33,094 nucleotides of DNA from a virus. The stretch lies in IMG/VR virus record IMGVR_UViG_3300029338_000016. One strand, written 5' to 3'. Below are positions 16,545 to 24,747 of this stretch, piece by piece. The notes under the pieces are model-generated. The model worked only from the letters and a program-made list of their open reading frames with translations. It searched no databases and was not told where the DNA came from. Made by a program: the position numbers and the translations under genes. Every line of letters begins with the position of its first letter. Positions within the stretch are counted from its first letter, which is position 1.

Positions 16545-17165
16545 TTAAACCTCCATCATAAGTTTGATTTTTAGGATTTGTGCCTTCCGCGCTAACGTCT
16601 CCCGCTTCTCTGCTGCGATCACTCCGTCGAAGTAGGAACGCGCGGAAATATCGGTATCGGCGTTCGCCGGATAACTCACGGCGGAAACGTCGTAAACCTT
16701 CTTGATCTTCAAGATCGTTCTTGTGTGCGTGTCTTTGTTATATGCGTCCTCGGATACCGTGAACGCCCACGACATTTTGCAAATTAAGCCCGCGTCAATG
16801 CTTGCATATAGGCGCTTTGCTTCTTCCGTAAGGCTCAAATTTGCCGCAATAAACAAGCCGCTTTCCTGCGGCTCTAAAAGCAGGGAAGGCGGCTTGTTCT
16901 TTGCCATCTTGTTTCGGGCGAAAACCATACCCGAATGATCGAATTGCATAATAACGTCGGATAAGTCCGCGCCGACAAGCGCGTTCCGGTCGATCACCTC
17001 GCAATATTTGATCCCGCCGTATTCGTACATAACATACGGTTTATCAAACGTTGTCGCGAAGCCTTCAACGTAAAAATCGGTGTCAAACCTCTTTTCCGTC
17101 GTCCCCTGCGGGATCATCAACGGCTGGAACATTTGTCGGTACTCCCGTTCCTTCACCACCGGCAT
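16545..17165 (-). CDS. Prohead maturation protease (HK97 family)
   Basis: FYVEGFATTFDKPY...QFDHSG... motifs. The start is uncertain (17165 or 17135) and overlaps the portal 3' end. Confidence 0.8.
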   Translation of the reverse strand: MPVVKEREYRQMFQPLMIPQGTTEKRFDTDFYVEGFATTFDKPYVMYEYGGIKYCEVIDRNALVGADLSDVIMQFDHSGMVFARNKMAKNKPPSLLLEPQESGLFIAANLSLTEEAKRLYASIDAGLICKMSWAFTVSEDAYNKDTHTRTILKIKKVYDVSAVSYPANADTDISARSYFDGVIAAEKRETLARKAQILKIKLMMEV

Positions 17166-18318
17166 TTGGTGTAACCTCCTTTCCCAATTCTGAAACTTCC
17201 GTGTATTCCTTGCGGATATAATATTTCTCGCCGCCCTCAACGTGTGGTATGCTCCATACGTCCATAACTCCGTTGCGGTTCAGCAAGCCACGGTCAAATA
17301 ACTGTGTGCTGATATTCAGCTTCGTTTGATTACTTGCATATTGTAAGCGATTTGCGGTAAACGTGATCGCGTTCCCGAAGGACAATTCCCGCGCCGTGTA
17401 CGTCATATTCGACATAACAAGCGAAAGCTGGATTGCGAAAGGCTCGATCTTGCCTTCGTAATACGCGTTCCATTCGTCCTCTGTATATTTATTTTGCAGA
17501 ATGCCCGCATTCGTGCCGAAGTAGTTAAACACATTTTCGTTGATCTGCGCCATCTGCGCGGCGTTGACCGTGAACGGCTTGCTTTCAATCGGCTTCACGT
17601 CTGCAAACTTCGCGTCGTAGATCACCATTCCCGACTGATTTTCCGCTGTAAGGTTATCCGCCGTGAAGCGTTTTCGCTCCTTCGTGATGTCCTCCGGCTT
17701 CAACATATTTGCAACCTTCGCCAAGAAACGAATAGAAGCCGAATTTTTAACGCCGTTGATAATGCCTTGATTTTGTGTATGGATCAACTGCATTGTAGGA
17801 CGAAGCGCGGCGTTACTCTCGCCGAAGAAATCGTCGGTATATTGAAACTGCGTCATTACGCCGACGCGTTCAAACTCGATCGCGGCTTTCTGCCCGCTCC
17901 CGAACGTATAGCGCAAAAACGGCGCGCCGTTGTACTCGACAACTTCGCACCGTTGAGGAAGCAGGGGATAATACCCGATCAGCCCGCCAAATTCATCTTC
18001 GATCGGAACAATGAAACAAGTATTATTCACCGAAAGGATCGTCGCGATCCTGTAAATGAACTTCGATGTATCCATGAACGGATTAGGCTTGAACTGCAAC
18101 GTCCGTTCAAGGTTCTTTTGCGCCGTGCCGCTGATCTCCGGTTTCAGCTTTGAAGCGAAGGACGCGAACGAATGTATCGCCGCGCGCGTAAGCTCCATTT
18201 CGTAAATACTTTCCGGCGCGTTGCTGAAAACGGGCGTGTACCCGTTTAGCATTTTGAAATAGCCTTCCGCCTTCAAGTCGGCTTTCGGCTTCCGGAAGAT
18301 AGTTTCAAAAACTCCCAT
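17083..18318 (-). CDS. Portal protein (HK97 family)
   Basis: Size and position after TerL. Start trimmed to MGVFETIF (ATG at 18318), just after the TerL stop. Confidence 0.88.
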   Translation of the reverse strand: MGVFETIFRKPKADLKAEGYFKMLNGYTPVFSNAPESIYEMELTRAAIHSFASFASKLKPEISGTAQKNLERTLQFKPNPFMDTSKFIYRIATILSVNNTCFIVPIEDEFGGLIGYYPLLPQRCEVVEYNGAPFLRYTFGSGQKAAIEFERVGVMTQFQYTDDFFGESNAALRPTMQLIHTQNQGIINGVKNSASIRFLAKVANMLKPEDITKERKRFTADNLTAENQSGMVIYDAKFADVKPIESKPFTVNAAQMAQINENVFNYFGTNAGILQNKYTEDEWNAYYEGKIEPFAIQLSLVMSNMTYTARELSFGNAITFTANRLQYASNQTKLNISTQLFDRGLLNRNGVMDVWSIPHVEGGEKYYIRKEYTEVSELGKEVTPNAGGEGTGVPTNVPAVDDPAGDDGKEV

Positions 18319-18325
18319 GTTTTTA

Positions 18326-19978
18326 TCACCCCGCATTTTTGAGCATTTCGCCGATTTCGTTATAATATTTCTGCCGCACGGTCAGCGCGTCGATCACGGA
18401 AACGAAGCCGTCAATTCGCGCCCGCTGTTCGATCTTCACGGGACGGAACTTCCGCGTTTCCATGTTGTGCTTCAATGCGACGTTGAGGAAGTGCGCTTTC
18501 AACAAGTTATTTTCGGCAATCTTGAAATTGCCGTCCTTGATAACGCCTTCAAACTCACGGATCACGGGCGCAAGGTTTTCACCCTGCCATACGTCGTCCG
18601 TCTGCCAGCCCGCATTCTTCAATTCGTCGATCAGATATTGCGCGGAATAGCGGTCGTATCCGATCTTCAAGATATATATTCCGTACTGATCCCGAAGCAT
18701 AGAAAACCATTCGTAAACGTCGTGATAATCGACGTGGTTTTCGCCGGATAGCTTGACGATCCCTTGCTTTACGAATATGTCATACGGTACGCCGTCAATC
18801 GCTTGCGCCGTTTCAAGGCGGTTTGCGGGCATAAAGAATTGTGCGAAGGCATATAGAACGCCGTCCCGCTCAATCACGACGGAAGCGGCGGTCAAGTCCG
18901 TTGTTTGCGAAAGGTCTATGCCGCCCACGGCGTAACTGTCCTTGAAATCCTCCAGCTTCGCGTGAATTCCTGCGCCGTCAACAACGACGTAATCAAGCCA
19001 CGCGACGGAAGAATTCTGCTTGATATTGCAATACTTCGTAAGGAATTCAGCCCGCTTCGACATACTCATTTCGGCGACGGCGATTTCCTCTTTGAAGAAG
19101 TCCGGCGAAACGGAAACGCCCATATTCGGATTTGCTTTTTTAAGCTCTTCAAGGTCGTTCCATTTCTCCACGTCGTCGATCATGTAAAGCAGGGGAAGAA
19201 GGCGGCGTTCCTTGCTTCCTCCCTTCAAAAACGCTGTCGATCTCTTCATCAATTCGTCGAAGATACCGTCGTTTTCGTAACCCGCCGTTGAGATCGAAAG
19301 GATCATCGGCTGGCGGCGCGCGCCAAGCGCGGATTTCATAACTTCGTACTGCTTCAAGCCGCCGTCGCCGCGCCACGACGCGACTTCATCGTTCACGACT
19401 AAATGCGGATTGAAGCCGTCGGATTTCTTCGCGTTGAACGCAAGCGGCTTGATCGCGGTATTGCTTTCTTCGATGTAAATATCGGAACGGCGCTTCTTCG
19501 ATAGGTCGGAAAGCTCCGGTTCTTTTTTAATCATCTGATAGAAGTTATCGTAAACGATGTTTGCTTGTTCCAGCTTCGGCGCAAGGCAATATATTTTCGC
19601 GCCGTATTCGCCGTCAAGATACGCCATGTACGCAATGACGGCGGACGCAAAAAGCGTTTTGCCGTTCTTGCGCCCGATCACAATAAACACTTCACGAAAG
19701 ACGCGCGTTCCGTCCTCTTCGACGATCCCGAACATAACGGAAACGGCGGCTTTCTGCCACAACTCCAGCTTCAAAAGGTCTGTGCGCCCTTCACAATGAT
19801 GGCAAAAGTTTTCGATGAACCGAATTGCCTTGTTTGCCTTCTTCGCGTTGAAGGTGAAAAGCCCTTCTTGAAGCCCCTTCACGATGTATTCATACAGAAG
19901 GCGAACCCACTTGCCGACGGTTATATTTCCGGAAGAAATGCCGTCGTAATACTCGTAAATGTAATTTGAAAAGGGCAT
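18326..19978 (-). CDS. terL: Terminase large subunit
   Basis: Walker-A-like IGRKNGKT, then a nuclease half. Start trimmed to MPFSNYIYEYY (ATG at 19978), adjacent to the TerS stop. Confidence 0.92.
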   Translation of the reverse strand: MPFSNYIYEYYDGISSGNITVGKWVRLLYEYIVKGLQEGLFTFNAKKANKAIRFIENFCHHCEGRTDLLKLELWQKAAVSVMFGIVEEDGTRVFREVFIVIGRKNGKTLFASAVIAYMAYLDGEYGAKIYCLAPKLEQANIVYDNFYQMIKKEPELSDLSKKRRSDIYIEESNTAIKPLAFNAKKSDGFNPHLVVNDEVASWRGDGGLKQYEVMKSALGARRQPMILSISTAGYENDGIFDELMKRSTAFLKGGSKERRLLPLLYMIDDVEKWNDLEELKKANPNMGVSVSPDFFKEEIAVAEMSMSKRAEFLTKYCNIKQNSSVAWLDYVVVDGAGIHAKLEDFKDSYAVGGIDLSQTTDLTAASVVIERDGVLYAFAQFFMPANRLETAQAIDGVPYDIFVKQGIVKLSGENHVDYHDVYEWFSMLRDQYGIYILKIGYDRYSAQYLIDELKNAGWQTDDVWQGENLAPVIREFEGVIKDGNFKIAENNLLKAHFLNVALKHNMETRKFRPVKIEQRARIDGFVSVIDALTVRQKYYNEIGEMLKNAG

Positions 19979-19980
19979 TT

Positions 19981-20334
19981 TTATTCGTCCCGTAACGCCT
20001 GTAAACGGCTTTCCTTTTTCTTCTCCGGCGGTACAAGATCGCAAAGCTGTTTGATAATTGCGGCGTGATTTTTTGTCATGGCGATATGTGTTTTCACCGC
20101 GTCGCTTTGCTTCGTCCCGCTCTGATTTGCGCCGTTTTGGTATTCGACGGTGTAGCCCTCTTCGTTGATGATCTCTTGTAATTCTTCAAGGGATACCGCC
20201 ATGAACGCCGCGTTCTTGATAAGGCTTTCGACGGTCTGCAACTTGTTTTTATCCAAGTCTTTGAAAATGCGCTTCAAGCGGGAAAACTCCCGCTTGATCT
20301 TTTCTTCTTTCGTCAAGTCTTTCTTTGTCGCCAT
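19981..20334 (-). CDS. terS: Terminase small subunit (P27-like)
   Basis: MATKKDLTKEEKIKREF...NGANQSGTKQS...KNHAAIIKQL. GGGGGTG RBS lies 6 nt before the ATG at 20334. Confidence 0.8.
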   Translation of the reverse strand: MATKKDLTKEEKIKREFSRLKRIFKDLDKNKLQTVESLIKNAAFMAVSLEELQEIINEEGYTVEYQNGANQSGTKQSDAVKTHIAMTKNHAAIIKQLCDLVPPEKKKESRLQALRDE

Positions 20335-20412
20335 AAATATCACCCCCTTTTCCGGTCAACCCACACCCCCTTAAACGCGTACACCCGTTATGCGCGCGCC
20401 TGCGGAGTATTT

Positions 20413-20760
20413 TTAATCTCCCGCCCTCGGTGTCGAACCCTCCCTAATCTTTGAGCGAATAGGGGGGGATATGAGGTTTCCCGCTTCGTCGAATGCGTAC
20501 CGTTTTTTCTTGTCGTTCCGGTGGTGTTCTTTGTTGTGGCAATCTTGACAAAGCGCTTCGAGATTGTCCCACGAAAGCGCTATGTACGGATCGTTGATAT
20601 TCTGCTTCGTCAAGTATGTTTTGTGATGTGCGATCTTTGCGGTTACTGGATCGTCCGGCGTTGAACAACGTTCGCACAAGTAGCCCTTCGACTTCAAGAA
20701 GCTGTCACGGCATGAACGCCAAGCGTCCGAATTGTAAAACCTTTCCGCCCACGGCTTCAT
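20413..20760 (-). CDS. HNH endonuclease (packaging-associated, cos-type phage arrangement)
   Basis: CERC...HHK...CQDCHNKEHH motifs. ggagga RBS. Lies directly upstream of terS and terL. Confidence 0.88.
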   Translation of the reverse strand: MKPWAERFYNSDAWRSCRDSFLKSKGYLCERCSTPDDPVTAKIAHHKTYLTKQNINDPYIALSWDNLEALCQDCHNKEHHRNDKKKRYAFDEAGNLISPPIRSKIREGSTPRAGD

Positions 20761-20801
20761 GCGGTTATCCTCCTTCCTGTGGAAAAGTCTGTGCAAAAGA
20801 G

Positions 20802-20840
20802 TAAAAGAAAAAGCCCTTCGCGTATCACGCAAAAGGCTTT
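20802..20840 (-). terminator. Intrinsic terminator inside the late-operon leader
   Basis: Minus strand AAAGCCUUUUGCG-ugaua-CGCGAAGGGCUUU forms a 13-bp stem (including 2 G-U pairs), followed by UUCUUUUACUCUUUU. Confidence 0.7.
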
Positions 20841-20878
20841 ATCCCGCGCTATTCAATTCGCAATAATTCAGCGTAATT

Positions 20879-20907
20879 ATTATATCACGCGTAAGCGTCG
20901 CGGACAA
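20879..20907 (-). promoter_or_regulatory. Candidate late promoter: TTGTCC - 17 nt - TGaTATAAT (extended -10)
   Basis: Read on the minus strand between the late-regulator stop (20933) and the leader terminator. Confidence 0.55.
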
Positions 20908-20932
20908 GGTGCATTGTTTGGTCGCGTTTTGG

Positions 20933-21541
20933 TCATTTGTCAACGGCTTTCCGGTATGTCGCCGCTGATACCGCCGCCGGAATGCCGAATACGCATACCG
21001 CCATATCATTGACGATCTTGTTCCGCCAGCGGCGCGCCGTCTTTATCTCTTTGAGAATGCCCGCGTCGGAAAGCTCTTCCGTGATCTCTTCCCACGTCGC
21101 CGTTCCGCCCTCTCGCGGATTGCCGTTGATGTCCTCGCCGAAATAGTAAAGCCGGATCACAACGAATTCTTTATGCCCCTCGAAAAGAGAAATAGCGCGT
21201 GTCAAGCTGTCAAAGCCGGATTTCGTTTCTTTGAACTGCTTTTGTTTTTCCTCTCGCATTTCCTCGACGATCTCCGCTTCCGTCTTGCGCTGAATAAAGC
21301 CTTTTGCCTGTGGTGTCGTTGAAAACGTCTTTCGTCCCGCGTGATACTCAACTTCGCAATACGCTTCTTCATCGGCTACAAGCGCCGCCAGCTTCTTGTA
21401 GTTATACAACAATGTTTCCATTGCCTTGAAGTAATTTACGTACCCCGTGTTCTGTGTGTATGCTTCCGCCGCCCCTGCGCGTGCGGCTTCAAATACGGCT
21501 TCCCGCAACTCTTCGGAAAGCTCTGTTTGCTTTTTAGTCAT
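20933..21541 (-). CDS. Putative late-gene regulator (RinA/ArpU/sigma-region-4-like, or a Q-like antiterminator, by position)
   Basis: Last gene before the late operon. C-terminal VIRLYYFGE...TARRWRNKIVNDMAVCVFG resembles an HTH / sigma region 4. ATG at 21541 after GGAGGTG. Confidence 0.45.
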   Translation of the reverse strand: MTKKQTELSEELREAVFEAARAGAAEAYTQNTGYVNYFKAMETLLYNYKKLAALVADEEAYCEVEYHAGRKTFSTTPQAKGFIQRKTEAEIVEEMREEKQKQFKETKSGFDSLTRAISLFEGHKEFVVIRLYYFGEDINGNPREGGTATWEEITEELSDAGILKEIKTARRWRNKIVNDMAVCVFGIPAAVSAATYRKAVDK

Positions 21542-21926
21542 GTGTGCCACCTCCGGTTAGATATTCGATAATTGTTCCCGCCGCCTGTTCCCAGCCGTAG
21601 CAAAGCGCGGCTTTGTAGCCCTGCGCCGAAAGAGCGTCCAGCCACTCCGATTGATGATCGCTTGTCCTGCCGCCGCGTTGCCGTTTAAGCTCTATGTAAA
21701 GCCCGTGATATTGCCCGCGCGCGACTGGCAAGCATAGATCGGGAACGCCCGCTTTCACGCCCTCCGCCCGAAGCCGTCCCGCTTCCGCCTTGTGTCTGCT
21801 CCCGCCGTTCGGGACGTGATAAAGCAAATTCAATTCGGGATATTTCCCGCTTTGCATAGCCGCCCACGAAAACAGCGTCATTTGCTCTTGCGCTTCCGTC
21901 GGAACGGGAAGTTTATTCGCCCGCAT
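21534..21926 (-). CDS. VRR-NUC domain nuclease
   Basis: EAQEQMTLFSWA...HVPNGG...GVPDLCLP...GLYIELKR motif series (PD-(D/E)xK). Confidence 0.85.
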   Translation of the reverse strand: MRANKLPVPTEAQEQMTLFSWAAMQSGKYPELNLLYHVPNGGSRHKAEAGRLRAEGVKAGVPDLCLPVARGQYHGLYIELKRQRGGRTSDHQSEWLDALSAQGYKAALCYGWEQAAGTIIEYLTGGGTHD

Positions 21927-22413
21927 TTCGTGATCCCTCCGTTTTCTTTGCGTAGCCAAGCGCCTTTAATCCGCCGCCGCAATATTTGCAAGTGTTACCG
22001 TCTGCGCGTGTTGCCGGAAAGACGTTGAATTTTCCGCATACGAAGCATTGAAAAGCGATCTTGTCGGTTTTCTCTGTCGTGTATTCGTATTTGTTCGTTT
22101 CTTCTTGCGCCTTCTCCCAATCGGCGAAGAAGAAAAACGGCTTGTTCTGCGCCATTGCTTCGCCGAATTCGTATTTCGCGCCTTTGCTCTCTTTCCAGTC
22201 CGGAAGAAAACAGACTTCGGCGCACTCTGCAAGCATAGCGCCGGACATACGCATATAGGCTTCCCACGTGAAGCCCTCCGCCGGAAGAAGCGCCGGATTT
22301 ACGACGATGAAGCCGCCTTCCTCCAGCTTCTTTTGCGCGTTGTAAAACTTCGTGAAATAATACGGATCGCCCGTGATCTTTCCGGCAAGATATAGCGTCC
22401 TTTTTTCCTGCAT
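21913..22413 (-). CDS. DUF4406 / nucleoside 2-deoxyribosyltransferase-like domain fused to a C-terminal zinc ribbon
   Basis: LYLAGKITGDPYY...NPALLP...CAEVCFLPDWKESKGAKYEFGEA, followed by CFVCGK...CKYCGG. Confidence 0.7.
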   Translation of the reverse strand: MQEKRTLYLAGKITGDPYYFTKFYNAQKKLEEGGFIVVNPALLPAEGFTWEAYMRMSGAMLAECAEVCFLPDWKESKGAKYEFGEAMAQNKPFFFFADWEKAQEETNKYEYTTEKTDKIAFQCFVCGKFNVFPATRADGNTCKYCGGGLKALGYAKKTEGSRNAGE

Positions 22414-22427
22414 TGTGTTTCCTCCCT

Positions 22428-23123
22428 TCATTTCGTAAAAAGCGTTGCTTGCGCTTTCCGTTCTTCCTGCTCCAAGAGATCAAAAAGCCGGATTTGTGCT
22501 TGTTCCTGTTCCAGCCGTTCATTTGCCGCGCGGCAATAATCTTCGTCGATCTCAAAGCCGACGAAATCAAGACCGCCTTGACGATAGCAAGCGATCAAGG
22601 AACTTCCGCTTCCGGCGTGTGTGTCCAATATCTTCATACCTTTTCGGGCGAAGAGGGAAAGAACCCACGAATACAGCTTCACGGGCTTTTGTGTCGGGTG
22701 AATTGTCCCGTCGTTCAGCAATTCAACGCGATTGCAGACAAAAACGCGCGTCGGCGTGTCGAAGCTGGTATACGCTAATTCGCAATCGCTCATCGTCAAG
22801 CCGTGTTGCCCCTTGTCCCATACAAGCCAGCCTTTATGTCCTTGTTCAAGATACGGAACGAAGTAATTTCCGCCCCATATCACTTGTGCTTTTGAAACGC
22901 GTTCCAATTCGCGGAAGTATTCGGGCGGGGGAATAGCCTTGTCCCAGCTTTTCCGGATATGCTCTTTCCGGTTATGCTTCGGATTGCCGCATACGCGCTT
23001 CTTCTGTCCGTCTATGCCGATACCGTAAGGCGGATCAACGATCGCAAGATCGAAGAAGCCGTCCGGAAACTCTTTCATTCCCTGCATACAGTCCATGTTA
23101 TACAGCTTGTTCAATTCAAGCAT
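22428..23123 (-). CDS. DNA methyltransferase (N6_N4 type, DPPY motif, probably N6-adenine)
   Basis: IVDPPYGIG, HPTQKPVKLYSWVL and DTHAGSGSS motifs. Confidence 0.9.
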   Translation of the reverse strand: MLELNKLYNMDCMQGMKEFPDGFFDLAIVDPPYGIGIDGQKKRVCGNPKHNRKEHIRKSWDKAIPPPEYFRELERVSKAQVIWGGNYFVPYLEQGHKGWLVWDKGQHGLTMSDCELAYTSFDTPTRVFVCNRVELLNDGTIHPTQKPVKLYSWVLSLFARKGMKILDTHAGSGSSLIACYRQGGLDFVGFEIDEDYCRAANERLEQEQAQIRLFDLLEQEERKAQATLFTK

Positions 23124-23248
23124 ACGTTGTTCACCTTCTTTCTTTTTCTCCCCCCTCCGCCCCCCGCTGGGGGGAACGGGCTTAAAGGAATAAATCTATC
23201 GGCGATCCGGCGGGCTTCCTCGATCCGTGTTCTGAACCGATCCTTCAC

Positions 23249-23400
23249 GATTGATTTTATATCCCCGCCGCCTTCCCGCTTTTATCACTCCCGCGCTTTC
23301 ATTATCAAGGGCAAGCGGCTTCGCCGTGCTTCGCACCCTTGACAATGCGCGCGTTCGTGATCTCTGAAAAGCGGGCGACGGGGAATAAATAAAATCAATC
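23249..23400. repeat. Large imperfect palindrome (~50-bp arms plus a nested central hairpin) in a 354-bp non-coding gap downstream of rep; candidate replication origin or structured RNA
   Basis: gattgattttat (23249-23260) pairs with ataaaatcaatc (23389-23400). Further paired blocks are ccccg/cgggg, cccgctttt/aaaagcggg, atcac/gtgat and cgcgc/gcgcg. The centre has tcaaggg...cccttga. Confidence 0.6.
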
Positions 23401-23477
23401 TTCCGGAAGGAAAAGCGCTGGTCGTAAAACTTTACACATTTACAAGGCTTTTTATTGCGCCCCTTCGGGCGTTCCCG

Positions 23478-24218
23478 CTATTCACGTTTCTTCCGTCGTT
23501 TTGGCTTCTCCGGTTCGCGTACATATTTATAATATATGTAGCCCCACTTCGTCGCGCGGGCTTCCACCAGCTTGTAACCCTTCGGCGCGATCGGTGCTTT
23601 CTTTTCCGTATACGTCCGAAGTGCAAGCGTCGGCGCTTCCTTCTCCGGCTGGCGAAGATTGCGCGTCGCCTTCCAACGGTGTCCGCCCTGTTCCGGTGTC
23701 CAATGGTTGAAGAGGTAATCCGCAAGCCCCGTGTAATCCTGCCCGTAGTCAACGCCGTTATAATAATTGTGTTCGCGCAAGTGCCGGATATGGATTACTG
23801 ATCCGTCATTCCACTTGCCGCTGATCGTTTCTTCCGGTATGCCGTCTGAAATCATGTGAAAATGAATTCGGTTCGTAGACTTGCCGCGCCCCATGTAAAT
23901 AATGATCTTCGCGTCTGGACAAGCCCTTTGAAGCCGCCGGAAGTAATTGTCGCGTATTCTGCGCGCTTCGCTGAATGTATGAACTTCGCTGTCGTCGTCG
24001 AACGTCAGCGTACTATATAAGGAAAGCGGCGAAAAATTTTCATTAACCAGCCGCTGGTGTTTCCGTTTTGATATGCCGATCCGGTGTTGCGCGCGCTCTT
24101 CGTCGTCCTTGAAGCGCGGTCGCGGTTCAGCCTTCTTGATGTTTGTTCGATCGGATACGGTGTAAACCTCTTGTTCACATACAACGCCCGAAAAAATACG
24201 TCTTTTAACCCTCTGCAT
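23478..24218 (-). CDS. HUH-type rolling-circle replication initiator-like protein
   Basis: LYSTLTFDDD resembles motif 1 and RIHFHMISDG resembles the HUH motif 2. Tyr-rich C-terminal half and basic tail. ATG at 24218. Confidence 0.55.
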   Translation of the reverse strand: MQRVKRRIFSGVVCEQEVYTVSDRTNIKKAEPRPRFKDDEERAQHRIGISKRKHQRLVNENFSPLSLYSTLTFDDDSEVHTFSEARRIRDNYFRRLQRACPDAKIIIYMGRGKSTNRIHFHMISDGIPEETISGKWNDGSVIHIRHLREHNYYNGVDYGQDYTGLADYLFNHWTPEQGGHRWKATRNLRQPEKEAPTLALRTYTEKKAPIAPKGYKLVEARATKWGYIYYKYVREPEKPKRRKKRE

Positions 24219-24235
24219 AATCCCGCCGCCCTTCC

Positions 24236-24264
24236 TTGACAAAAGCGCCGTAAAATGCTATAAT
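24236..24264 (+). promoter_or_regulatory. Consensus sigma-70 promoter on the plus strand: TTGACA - 17 nt - TGcTATAAT
   Basis: -35 at 24236-24241, extended -10 TG at 24256-24257, -10 at 24259-24264. It lies in the 5' leader of the minus-strand rep gene and points away from it. Confidence 0.75.
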
Positions 24265-24269
24265 TTTTA

Positions 24270-24348
24270 ATATTGAATAGCTCCTTTTACAGCTATGTAA
24301 GAGGAAAAGAGAACGTCCGGAACGTCGCAACCGGACGTTCTCTTTTTT
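24270..24348 (+). ncRNA. Predicted ~80-nt small RNA whose 5' end is an anti-RBS seed (AAUAUUGAAUAGCUCCUUUU)
   Basis: Bounded by the consensus promoter and an intrinsic terminator. No ORF. The seed is the reverse complement of the initiation regions of four minus-strand genes. Confidence 0.55.
24309..24348. terminator. Bidirectional intrinsic terminator
   Basis: Perfect 12-bp stem gagaacgtccgg / ccggacgttctc with a 10-nt loop. TTTTTTGTTTT follows on the plus strand and TTTTCCTCTT on the minus strand, after the CDS ending at 24355. Confidence 0.8.
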
Positions 24349-24354
24349 GTTTTG

Positions 24355-24747
24355 TCAGCCGTTATTAAATCCTGCGCCCTGCTCGAAATCGGCGCACCGT
24401 TCTTCTTCGCAAGGCTTGAAGCGCATTCCGTCCGCGCACCCGACGCAAGGGAACGGGCGTACCCCGTCCGGAAGCGCGCCTTCGCGCAAGTGAACGCATT
24501 GTTCCAGCTTCGCGCATTGATCGCACCAGCACTTCCGGCAATCGCCGATCAGCGTTTTTTCAACCGGACGTTTCAAGCCCTCTTCGGCTTCCTGCGCGTC
24601 GTGTTCTTCCTGCATTTCCCGCGCCGCCTGTTCAATCGTGTAATCTTCAACGCCGTTCATAATACCCCGAAAGAATGGCGCGAACGCGTAGCCGATCCCA
24701 AGCCCCGCGCGCAAAAGCAATTCTTCGTCGATCTTAATATCTGCCAT
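24355..24747 (-). CDS. Cys-rich hypothetical protein
   Basis: 130-aa ORF with a GGAGGGG RBS and several CxxC-like pairs. No family was recognised. Confidence 0.6.
   Translation of the reverse strand: MADIKIDEELLLRAGLGIGYAFAPFFRGIMNGVEDYTIEQAAREMQEEHDAQEAEEGLKRPVEKTLIGDCRKCWCDQCAKLEQCVHLREGALPDGVRPFPCVGCADGMRFKPCEEERCADFEQGAGFNNG

Noticed and set aside
15557-16561. Long plus-strand ORFs lying antisense to clear minus-strand genes. Examples: 15557-16561 (334 aa), 27895-28899 (334 aa), 6328-7011, 17494-18153, 5449-5901, 10244-11309.
   Set aside because: They lie fully inside well-supported structural or enzymatic genes on the other strand. They have Arg/Cys-rich, low-complexity translations, lack RBSs and match no family motif. 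They are typical shadow ORFs of a moderately GC-rich genome.
20344-20412. Possible cos site between the HNH stop and terS, containing a repeated CACCCCCTT.
   Set aside because: The location is typical for HNH-dependent cos phages, but nothing in the sequence alone defines cohesive ends. The repeat is also explained as SD-like AAGGGGGTG on the coding strand.
23124-23248. 38-aa GTG-initiated minus-strand ORF (VKDRFRTRIEEARRIADRFIPLSPFPPAGAEGGEKERR), together with the C6-GCT-G6 hairpin and G-rich run at 23145-23175.
   Set aside because: The ORF is short, has a weak and distant RBS, and matches no recognisable family. The G-runs are too few for a confident G-quadruplex call. The region is treated as part of the non-coding rep-proximal gap.
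24269-24291. The fifth copy of the shared RBS motif considered as the start of a minus-strand gene using ATT as initiator.
   Set aside because: There is no canonical start codon. The downstream frame is out of frame with rep and merely overlaps it. The copy sits between a consensus opposite-strand promoter and a terminator, which is better explained as part of an sRNA. A decayed initiation region cannot be excluded.
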